A stretch of 64,000 nucleotides of DNA from Puniceicoccaceae bacterium (lineage in GTDB: Bacteria; Verrucomicrobiota; Verrucomicrobiia; Opitutales; Oceanipulchritudinaceae): assembly GCA_040830765.1 (NCBI GenBank), contig JBFOMH010000013.1, forward strand, positions 128,001 to 192,000, written 5' to 3'. Positions within the stretch are counted from its first letter, which is position 1; the number at the start of each line of letters is the position of its first letter. The notes beneath the pieces are model-generated. The model was not told the origin of the DNA and made no database searches. It saw only the letters and a program-made list of their open reading frames with translations. This document shows, piece by piece, positions 49,389-57,064 of the stretch. A program made the translations under genes and the position numbers.

Positions 49389-50663
49389 ATGAACAGCGGC
49401 CGTAAAGAAGTCTATCTCCGGAAGAATTATGTCCTTTCCTCGCTCGAGGGCGGATTTTTCATGGGTGGCATGAGCTTTTTGTCCATGGAATCAGTCATGC
49501 CGGCGATGGTACATGACCTGGGAGGACCAGGCTGGGCGATCTCCATTTCCCCGGTCCTGTTCATACTGGGATTCTGCTGGCCCCAAATATTCAGCGCCTT
49601 GTGGGCTGAACGCATGCGCTTGATGCTTCCGATGGTCAAGATTGTCGGCCTCATCCAGCGGTTACCCTACCTCCTGACGGGTCTTTTCCTGATCCTTGCC
49701 GGAGAGAACCACCAAGAGCTTTCGGTCACCCTGGCTATCCTCACGCCCTTCATCATGTCCAGTCTCGGGGGACTCCAGGGGGCGGCCTACTTTGAAATCA
49801 TAACCCGGATAGTCCCGGTTCGCCGGACGGCCTCGATGTGGGCCATCCGCAATATTATCATGGCTGTCATGGGGATTCTGGCTGGCTTTATCATCAAGGG
49901 CATCCTGGAGGTCTATCCGGGAGTCCATGGTTACGGGATCCTTCACCTCATTGTTTTTGGCCTGATGATGCTCTCCCTTGGGCTTATTTTCCTGCTGAAG
50001 GAAACAAATGCTCCGGAGGAACAAAAACCGGATCCCGTGACACTTCGGACAGGATTTGCTGCCTTCACCAAACAATGGCGTGATAACCCCTCCCTGGGCT
50101 ACTTCATCGTTACCCGTTTCCTCTTCATGCTGATTTTCGTGGTCGTTCCATTCCTCTCAGTCCGGGCTATTGAGCGCACCGGACTGGCTACCAGCTTTGT
50201 CGGATTGCTGGTCATTTGCCAAATGCTCGGATTCATCGGGGGCAATGTCCTTTCGGGCTACATGGGTGATAAACGGGGGGTCCGCTTACCCATGATCGCT
50301 GGCCGTGTTATCCTCCTCGCGGCTATTGTGCTGGTGCTGGCCGCAGATTCCCAGTGGACTTTCATGACGGTATTTTTCTGCCTCGGATTTGGCCTGAGCA
50401 CAGGTCAGGTCGGGGACATGACAATGGTGATAGATTTTGCCCCCTCGTACCGGCGGAAGTTCTTTTATGGGGTTACGGGCACCCTGGTCATCCCGGGAAT
50501 TCTGGCCGCGTCGATCATCAGTGCCATTCTTCAATACGTACCCAATGGCTTCTATTATGCCTGTCTTGCCAGCGGGCTCGGGATTGCTGTTTCCCTAAGA
50601 ATCCTCCTGAAGGTGCGGGACCCCCGATTGCACCGAGAAATTGGTGCCCTGCCTCAGCGCTGA
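49389..50663 (+). CDS. MFS transporter
   Basis: About 12 hydrophobic segments, G..GDKRG.R loop. Confidence 0.8.
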   Translation: MNSGRKEVYLRKNYVLSSLEGGFFMGGMSFLSMESVMPAMVHDLGGPGWAISISPVLFILGFCWPQIFSALWAERMRLMLPMVKIVGLIQRLPYLLTGLFLILAGENHQELSVTLAILTPFIMSSLGGLQGAAYFEIITRIVPVRRTASMWAIRNIIMAVMGILAGFIIKGILEVYPGVHGYGILHLIVFGLMMLSLGLIFLLKETNAPEEQKPDPVTLRTGFAAFTKQWRDNPSLGYFIVTRFLFMLIFVVVPFLSVRAIERTGLATSFVGLLVICQMLGFIGGNVLSGYMGDKRGVRLPMIAGRVILLAAIVLVLAADSQWTFMTVFFCLGFGLSTGQVGDMTMVIDFAPSYRRKFFYGVTGTLVIPGILAASIISAILQYVPNGFYYACLASGLGIAVSLRILLKVRDPRLHREIGALPQR

Positions 50664-51121
50664 GCAGCCAGTTGACGCAAGTCCGCTTCCAGCATGTCGC
50701 GGCTTTCCTTGTCCTGGATCTGGCGAAGTAACGTCCTTGCTTCACCCATTGCCTTTTCCGCTGAAGCAGAATCCCCGGCCACGGCGCAGGCCCTTGCCTT
50801 GGCCTCGCTAGCATAGCCCTCATGAAAGGGCCCGAGCTTTGCCTCTTGAGCCAGCGCTGCGTAACGCAAGGCATAGTGCATTGATGTCTCCGCCTGCCCG
50901 GCAAGGGCGTAGACACGGGACAACTGCCAGAGGCCGATTCCCTCATTTTCAGAAGTATGGTCATCGTAGGCCATCCAGTGCCAATAGGAGACTTCCGCCA
51001 GACGAATCATTTCAAGCGCCTCCTCAGTCGTTCTCTCCGGCAGATCAATCAACTTCCAACATGCATTGAAGGTACTGACGGCAAGCTTGCGGTGGTAAAT
51101 CTGTAAATCCTGGTCGCTCAT
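50654..51121 (-). CDS. Conserved all-helical hypothetical protein
   Basis: HRKLAV.TFNACW.LID..RT..S.WHW..WQLSRVYA..EAKARA pattern. Confidence 0.7.
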   Translation of the reverse strand: MSDQDLQIYHRKLAVSTFNACWKLIDLPERTTEEALEMIRLAEVSYWHWMAYDDHTSENEGIGLWQLSRVYALAGQAETSMHYALRYAALAQEAKLGPFHEGYASEAKARACAVAGDSASAEKAMGEARTLLRQIQDKESRDMLEADLRQLAAQR

Positions 51122-51248
51122 GAGGATTGCCTTCCTACTAAAGCCCCTCCGCGACCTGAAGCAAGGCCATAGCGGAACCTAAATGTTAGCATGCTGCTTG
51201 ACGGAGGATGGAATTGCGGGAAGATAAAGCCCACTCTCCTCTCTGACT

Positions 51249-51731
51249 ATGAAGTTTCGGGCTGCTCTACTTCTCTTCGTCCTTCTACTTGCTGTTATCG
51301 TAGGTAGCCGCAGTGTCATCGATTTCCGTTCGCAGGATAGCGGTTCAGGCAAGAAGTCAGCTGAGCAGATGATATCCTCACTTGATCCAGCGCCAAGGTC
51401 TGCAAAAGCCACCTCAGTTTCGACAAGGATTTCACCTGCGGCTAATGTTGGGGGCCATCATCCGGAACCTGCATGGGCTTCCCTAAAGGATAACATGAGC
51501 TGGGATTCTACCGGCCTGGAATTCGTCGCTCATCCGGATGGCAGCCAAAGCGTGCGGGGAGGTGGCCGCTTCACCCAGATGGCTGCCAGCGTTCGGAATG
51601 CTTCCGGCGAATTGGTAATCAAGTGCTTCGCAGATTATACCGCAATGGATGATGCCCTTTCCGGGCGGGCCGTACCCATTCCACAGCCTGCTACCTCCGA
51701 TAAAATTGATTATGAAGTATCCGATTTCTAA
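51249..51731 (+). CDS. Small exported protein resembling the post-PEP-CTERM-1-like partner of PA-domain peptidases
   Basis: N-terminal hydrophobic segment, low-complexity linker, then GLEFVAHPDGSQSV..GRF..R.ASGELVIKC; overlaps the next gene by 20 nt. Confidence 0.6.
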   Translation: MKFRAALLLFVLLLAVIVGSRSVIDFRSQDSGSGKKSAEQMISSLDPAPRSAKATSVSTRISPAANVGGHHPEPAWASLKDNMSWDSTGLEFVAHPDGSQSVRGGGRFTQMAASVRNASGELVIKCFADYTAMDDALSGRAVPIPQPATSDKIDYEVSDF

Positions 51732-53538
51732 GGTCTCCCTGTTTCTGGGAGTGGTTTGTGCCGCACCTTCGCTACTGGCAACAACCTTTAATTTTGTTAA
51801 CCTGGACCCGGCTGATTATGGCTTCAACGACACTACCGCTGTGACGCCTGTCGGAGGCAATACAGGGACCACTCTTGGCGAGCAAAGGATAAACGTCGTC
51901 CTCGAGGCCTGCCGGATTTGGGGACTTTATCTCCACAGCCCGGTGGTCATCGATGTGGAAGGCCAGTTTGATGACTTCGGGGGCGACCCGGACAACGGCT
52001 TTGTCCTCGCCGGGGCCAGGGCCATCGATCAGGAATTGAATTTCACCAATGCTCCATTGGCTGATGTGCTTTACCCTTCAGCGTTGGCCAACAGTCTTGC
52101 CGGAACCGATATCGATCCAGCTCAAAACGACATCAGCGTAACCGTCAACGAGGACCTTGACGACCCAACTTACACTCCTGATTTGGACAACTGGTATTAC
52201 GGGTTTGATGGCAACGCGCCCAATGACCAGGTGGACCTTCTTGATGTCGTCCTGCACGAGTTAGGGCACGGATTAGGCATGGCAACCTGGTGCAATCTGG
52301 ATCAGGGTAGTTTGGTCAGGCTCATTGGCCCGGGTGGGGGCGAGTTTGCGGATATATACGCAACCTTCCTCTACGACACTGAGTTCAATTCAACGTGGAT
52401 TAATCTTTCAAAATCCAATCGCCAGGCATCCGCGGTCAATGATCCTGACCTTGTCTGGACCGGCCCCTACACAACGGCAGCCAAGGGCTCCATCCTCGAC
52501 TTCGAGCGTGTCATAGAGGTAACCGGGCCAGCCGGCATCGCCGGCCAGTACACCATGGAACCGGCATCCTTCGGGCCGTCCATCACCGGGGATGGCATTA
52601 CCGGGGAATTGGGTATCGTCGACGACGACGTTGGCACAACCACCGATGCATGTGAAGCCATCATCAATGATTTGACTGGAAAGATCGCCTATATCGATCG
52701 CGGGACATGTAACTTCGACAGCAAGGTCCTGAAAGCCCAGCAAGCGGGGGCGATTGGCGTCATTATCGCCAATAATGTGGCCGATCCGGCATTCATCATC
52801 ATGTCGGGGAACAGCGTCGTGGATGGCATTCCCCTGACAATCCCCGCCGTCTCCATCACCCAAGCTGACGGTGCCATCCTAACCGGGGCGACACCCCCGG
52901 TAAACCTGGTTCTCGGCAAGCCGGCGGGGGCGGACCTTGCCGGCACCAATGGAGGATTTGTCCGCATTTACGCCCCATCGCCATGGGAACAGGGATCCTC
53001 CGGTTCTCACTGGTCCACCGCAGCTTCTCCCGATCTGCTCATGGAGCCCTTCATCAATCCTGTCCTCCGGGAAGACCTCGACCTCTCCCTGACGCAAATG
53101 AAGGACATCGGTTGGGTCGTGTTGGATATTCCCTTCCCGCACCTCACCTATGCCCTCTGGGCACTGGAAGCATTCAGCCCGTCAGCCACACTCACCGCCC
53201 AGGGAGAAGATCCGGACGGCGACCAAGTCACCAACATTGAGGAATACTTTTTTGGCGGAGATCCCGAGATTCCCTCAGCCGACTTGCTCCCGATAATGCA
53301 GTCAGTCGATCCCGACCTGGATGTCGTCTACACCCGCTCCATCCTACCGACGGATCTTGTCTATACCTACGAGGCCTCGACCGACATTGGCACCTGGGAG
53401 GATGCCGTGGAGGGCGTCCACTTCACAGCCGAGACAGTGACAGACCTAGGGAGTGGTGCTGAACAGGTAAAGGTAAACCTCATCAAGCCGGCGTCGGGCG
53501 AAAAGATCTTCATCCGTCTCCGTATTGAGGAGATTTGA
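51712..53538 (+). CDS. Secreted zinc metallopeptidase with PA domain and DxDGD/EY.FG.DP C-terminal module
   Basis: Signal peptide; PVGGNTGTTLGEQR; HELGHGLG; PA domain (IDRGTCNFDSKV..AQQAGA.GVIIANN); GSS.SHW, LLMEP, DIGW. Confidence 0.85.
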   Translation: MKYPISKVSLFLGVVCAAPSLLATTFNFVNLDPADYGFNDTTAVTPVGGNTGTTLGEQRINVVLEACRIWGLYLHSPVVIDVEGQFDDFGGDPDNGFVLAGARAIDQELNFTNAPLADVLYPSALANSLAGTDIDPAQNDISVTVNEDLDDPTYTPDLDNWYYGFDGNAPNDQVDLLDVVLHELGHGLGMATWCNLDQGSLVRLIGPGGGEFADIYATFLYDTEFNSTWINLSKSNRQASAVNDPDLVWTGPYTTAAKGSILDFERVIEVTGPAGIAGQYTMEPASFGPSITGDGITGELGIVDDDVGTTTDACEAIINDLTGKIAYIDRGTCNFDSKVLKAQQAGAIGVIIANNVADPAFIIMSGNSVVDGIPLTIPAVSITQADGAILTGATPPVNLVLGKPAGADLAGTNGGFVRIYAPSPWEQGSSGSHWSTAASPDLLMEPFINPVLREDLDLSLTQMKDIGWVVLDIPFPHLTYALWALEAFSPSATLTAQGEDPDGDQVTNIEEYFFGGDPEIPSADLLPIMQSVDPDLDVVYTRSILPTDLVYTYEASTDIGTWEDAVEGVHFTAETVTDLGSGAEQVKVNLIKPASGEKIFIRLRIEEI

Positions 53539-53590
53539 GCGGATAAATTTGTCGCTTGCCGGTGGAAGCCATGACGGGTAACCACCTAGC

Positions 53591-54055
53591 ATGAACAAGC
53601 ATCTAATCTCTCTCCTGGCGGTTTTCCTGACCACGGCTGCATTAGCCCATCAACATGAAACAACGATCGTCCCGGCTGCGGAAAAGGCGGTTGGAGCTCA
53701 ACTGGCCATGGACGGCCCCACGGAAACCAAGGGTATCGAATATGCCCGGAAACTGGGCTCTATCGATCTGGGGGAAGAATTCTCACCAATGGAGGGATTC
53801 GTAATGCGGATGAGGGAAGTCAGTCTCGCCCCCGGAGGCCAGGTGGCTGTGCATCAACACACCTCCAGACCGGGGATGGCTTACATCCTGGAGGGAGAGG
53901 CTGTCGAATACCGAAACGATGAAGCAGAGCCACAAGTCCGAAAAGCTGGAGATGCGGCTATTGAATCATCGGGAATCATTCACTGGTGGATCAATAAGGG
54001 ACCAGTTTCCGCCAGAGTTATTATCGTGGACATCCTGAAGGAAGAGGACGCCTGA
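53591..54055 (+). CDS. Exported cupin domain protein
   Basis: Signal peptide; LAPGG.V.VHQH..RPG..YILEG, HWW.N.G. Confidence 0.82.
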   Translation: MNKHLISLLAVFLTTAALAHQHETTIVPAAEKAVGAQLAMDGPTETKGIEYARKLGSIDLGEEFSPMEGFVMRMREVSLAPGGQVAVHQHTSRPGMAYILEGEAVEYRNDEAEPQVRKAGDAAIESSGIIHWWINKGPVSARVIIVDILKEEDA

Positions 54056-54074
54056 GTAAGACCACTAGGGATTT

Positions 54075-54611
54075 CTAAATGTAGTCCCTTAGCTCATACA
54101 GCTGGGCATCCCGCACAGGTCCACGCAAGCGGCGCAGGAGCGACTTGGTTGAGCCATCCGCAGCCTCTCCACCCTCGCCTAGTCCGGCCCCGAATTCTTC
54201 CAGTTCAGGCAAGTCACCGTACTCCTCTTCAATCTTGTCGGGGTCCTCGCCCGCCTCCAGACGACCGACCATCTCCTCCATGACCGCAGGCATTTTTTCG
54301 CCGGTCATGTCAGCCATCTTCCGCATCAGGCGGCCCATCTGGCGGGGATCGGGATTGTCCTCATCCATACCCGCCATCTCGCGCTCCATTTCAGCCATGG
54401 CAGCTTCCAATCGGGGATCATCGGGATCGTCGCCCACTTCATCCCCGGCCTCCCTGGCCCGACCGGTGACAGCAAAGCCGGACATAACTTTTTGCATCGT
54501 GGCTTCGGGATCATCCGGACAGCGGGGAATCCTATCTTTGTCAGCCGAACTGCGGGCATAGAAGGAATATATCCGGTTGGTATCTGGGCTGTAGTACTCG
54601 TAAATAGGCAT
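54075..54611 (-). CDS. FmdB-family regulator-like protein with degenerate zinc ribbon
   Basis: MPIYEY start, RCP, then acidic/Met-rich DPRQMGRLMRKM..RLEAGEDP. Confidence 0.7.
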   Translation of the reverse strand: MPIYEYYSPDTNRIYSFYARSSADKDRIPRCPDDPEATMQKVMSGFAVTGRAREAGDEVGDDPDDPRLEAAMAEMEREMAGMDEDNPDPRQMGRLMRKMADMTGEKMPAVMEEMVGRLEAGEDPDKIEEEYGDLPELEEFGAGLGEGGEAADGSTKSLLRRLRGPVRDAQLYELRDYI

Positions 54612-54656
54612 GCGAATCGGTCAATAGTTCAGGCAACCAAACTGGATTCCCTTCTC

Positions 54657-55151
54657 TCAGGCGTCAATTTCGACAAAACAGTTTTGCTGACGATCCTTGC
54701 GCACCTTGTCCGGTTTGTGGATGCGACCGTTCATGGCGATATAAACACCGGGCGGCAGGGCCTGCACGGCTGCCAGGGCAAAGCCGATATTGAAGATGGC
54801 ATCATTGTCCCGGAACCGGGCCGGCAGCAAGGCTCCGGTCAGGACGACTACCTTGTCAGAAATTCCTGTGAGGGCTTTTCCCGTCTCAGTCATGGTGTCG
54901 GTTCCATGAGTCACCAGGACCATGCGCTCGTCGGAAGCCTCGATAGCTCTGCGAATGGCCTGCCTGTCTTCTACTGTCATTTCCAAGCTGTCCTTGCGCA
55001 TCAGTGGCAGGACCCTGTGCGGGAGGGAAACATGGGCCAACCGGAGGACTTCCCCGATTTGCGGATCCCCCACCTCATACTCGCTCTTGGCATCGAAGTA
55101 TACCTTGTCGATGGTCCCTCCGGTAGTGATGATAAGGCACTTCTGCTGCAT
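54657..55151 (-). CDS. Short-chain asparaginase (N-terminal domain only)
   Basis: ITTGGTIDK, KDSL, VTHGTDTM, VLTGA, DAIFN.G. Confidence 0.88.
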   Translation of the reverse strand: MQQKCLIITTGGTIDKVYFDAKSEYEVGDPQIGEVLRLAHVSLPHRVLPLMRKDSLEMTVEDRQAIRRAIEASDERMVLVTHGTDTMTETGKALTGISDKVVVLTGALLPARFRDNDAIFNIGFALAAVQALPPGVYIAMNGRIHKPDKVRKDRQQNCFVEIDA

Positions 55152-55178
55152 CCTTCGCAGTATGGCTCAAGAGGACAT

Positions 55179-56228
55179 TCAGGCAAGTCGTTCCAGCATG
55201 TTCACCATGGGTAACAGATAGGCCAGGATGAGTCCCCCGATGGCGATGGAAAGAAGCAGGAGAATCCCCGGTTCAAGAAAGCGGATCCACATCGATAGTT
55301 GCTGCAGGATATCACCGTCCCTGTCCTCCGCTATCTGGAGCAGAAAGACTTCCAGTTGTCCACTCTCCTGGCCGGATTCGAGCAGGGGAAGGTACTCCCG
55401 GCTAAAGAGCGGGCAGGCAGCCACGACTTCCGGGAAACCTATCCCCATGAGCAGTCGCTCGCGACACTGGTTAAGCTGGTCCTTTTCCCATAACTCGCAG
55501 GCATCTTCAGCGGCCGTCTGCAAAGCGCGAGGCAAGGTGATCCCTGCTTGAAGCAGGGTTCCCAGATAACGGGCCAACCGCGCCTCACGCATGGATTGGC
55601 GCATCCATGAAATTCCGGGGACCCACCGGTAAATCCGCTCTACTGGATACGCCCAGCGCTCGTTTCTTTGGCTCAAGAAGCTCAATAAAAGGGTTCCTGC
55701 GATGCCCAGCAGTCCTGCAAGCAACAGCACTAGCATTGATGAACCGTATAACATGCCGATGTGTTCAGTTAACCAGGGCAGTTCCTCCCCCATGCCCATG
55801 GAGATGCTAACCGCACGCATCTGGGGGACTACCCAGAAAAGGATGACTGCCATGACAAGGAATCCTACCCCGAGGACCATTGCCGGGTACCAGAGCTGAC
55901 CCGTGAAGGCCTTCCGTCGCGTGGCCCGCTCCCGCATGAGTTTCCCGGTCCGGACCATGACCTCCGCCAGTTTTCCTGTTTGTTCACCGGCATCAAGCAG
56001 GCTCCACGCTTCAACCGGCAGTTGCATCCCCGAATGCCGCATGGAAGCGACTATGAGGCCCCCTTCGGCGACGCCATCGAGAACGCGGGTCAGTCCGTTC
56101 TCAACCGGTGGCGGTAACCCCTGTCCGGCAGACTGCAATACAAGGCGGAAATCCAATCCCATTTCGAGGCGCTGTCCGGCCCGAATCCACCAGGTCCATG
56201 GCGGTGAATACTGGTTCCTTGAACGCAT
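55179..56228 (-). CDS. Type II secretion system F / PilC family inner-membrane platform protein
   Basis: AGEQTGKL, YPAM..VVPQ, GQESGQL, LEP...AYLLPM. Confidence 0.8.
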   Translation of the reverse strand: MRSRNQYSPPWTWWIRAGQRLEMGLDFRLVLQSAGQGLPPPVENGLTRVLDGVAEGGLIVASMRHSGMQLPVEAWSLLDAGEQTGKLAEVMVRTGKLMRERATRRKAFTGQLWYPAMVLGVGFLVMAVILFWVVPQMRAVSISMGMGEELPWLTEHIGMLYGSSMLVLLLAGLLGIAGTLLLSFLSQRNERWAYPVERIYRWVPGISWMRQSMREARLARYLGTLLQAGITLPRALQTAAEDACELWEKDQLNQCRERLLMGIGFPEVVAACPLFSREYLPLLESGQESGQLEVFLLQIAEDRDGDILQQLSMWIRFLEPGILLLLSIAIGGLILAYLLPMVNMLERLA

Positions 56229-56282
56229 TCCTGATCAAGAGGCGTGGACCGACTGCCAGGCAAGGAAAGGGATTGGTCAAAT

Positions 56283-57017
56283 TCAGGCCTTTTTTGTTTT
56301 TCTGGGAAGCTTGCGGCCGGCATTGAGGATGGGACACGCCGGACATGCCCCGACAGATCCATCACATTTCGTCCGGGCCGTGCAAAAAGCCCGTCCATAG
56401 TAGATGATCTGCAGGTGAAGCCGGTTCCAGGTTTCTTCCGGAAAGAGTCGCTTCAGGTCCTTCTCTGTCTGGGCGACCGATTTCCCGTTGGTCAGCCCCC
56501 ACCGCTGGGCCAGACGGTGAATGTGGGTATCTACGGGAAAAGAAGGAACCCCGAAGGCCTGCGCCATGACCACCTGGGCCGTCTTATGGCCGACGCCGGG
56601 AAGCCTTTCAAGTTCCTCAAGCGTTGAGGGAACCTCACCTCCGTGTTCCTCGACAAGCATCTCCGATAGCTTGCGAATCGCCTTGGCCTTTTGCGGCCCC
56701 AAACCGCACGGACGGACTATTTCAAGAATCTCAGTTTCAGGCACTTCGGCCATGCTGGCGGGATTATCCGCCCGGCCAAACAGTACCGGAGTCACCTGAT
56801 TGACCCGCTCGTCCGTACACTGGGCACTGAGCAGAACGGCCACCAGCAAGGTATAGGCATCCTGATGCTCCAAGGGGATCGGCGGATCGGGAAAGGTCCG
56901 CCGCATCTCCCCGAGGACGAACGCCACCCGTTCCTTTTTCCCCGGCCGGGACGTTTTTTTTGCCGTGGAATGAGAGGCCTTTGTTGCTTTCTTCTGATTC
57001 ACGGACAGATTGCCCAT
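56283..57017 (-). CDS. nth: Endonuclease III
   Basis: LLVAVLLSAQCTDERVN, LPGVGHKTA, FPVDTHIHR; start uncertain. Confidence 0.92.
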   Translation of the reverse strand: MGNLSVNQKKATKASHSTAKKTSRPGKKERVAFVLGEMRRTFPDPPIPLEHQDAYTLLVAVLLSAQCTDERVNQVTPVLFGRADNPASMAEVPETEILEIVRPCGLGPQKAKAIRKLSEMLVEEHGGEVPSTLEELERLPGVGHKTAQVVMAQAFGVPSFPVDTHIHRLAQRWGLTNGKSVAQTEKDLKRLFPEETWNRLHLQIIYYGRAFCTARTKCDGSVGACPACPILNAGRKLPRKTKKA

Positions 57018-57064
57018 ATTTGCTTTGATTTCGCCAAATCCATTTCCACAACTTTTTGAGCAAC

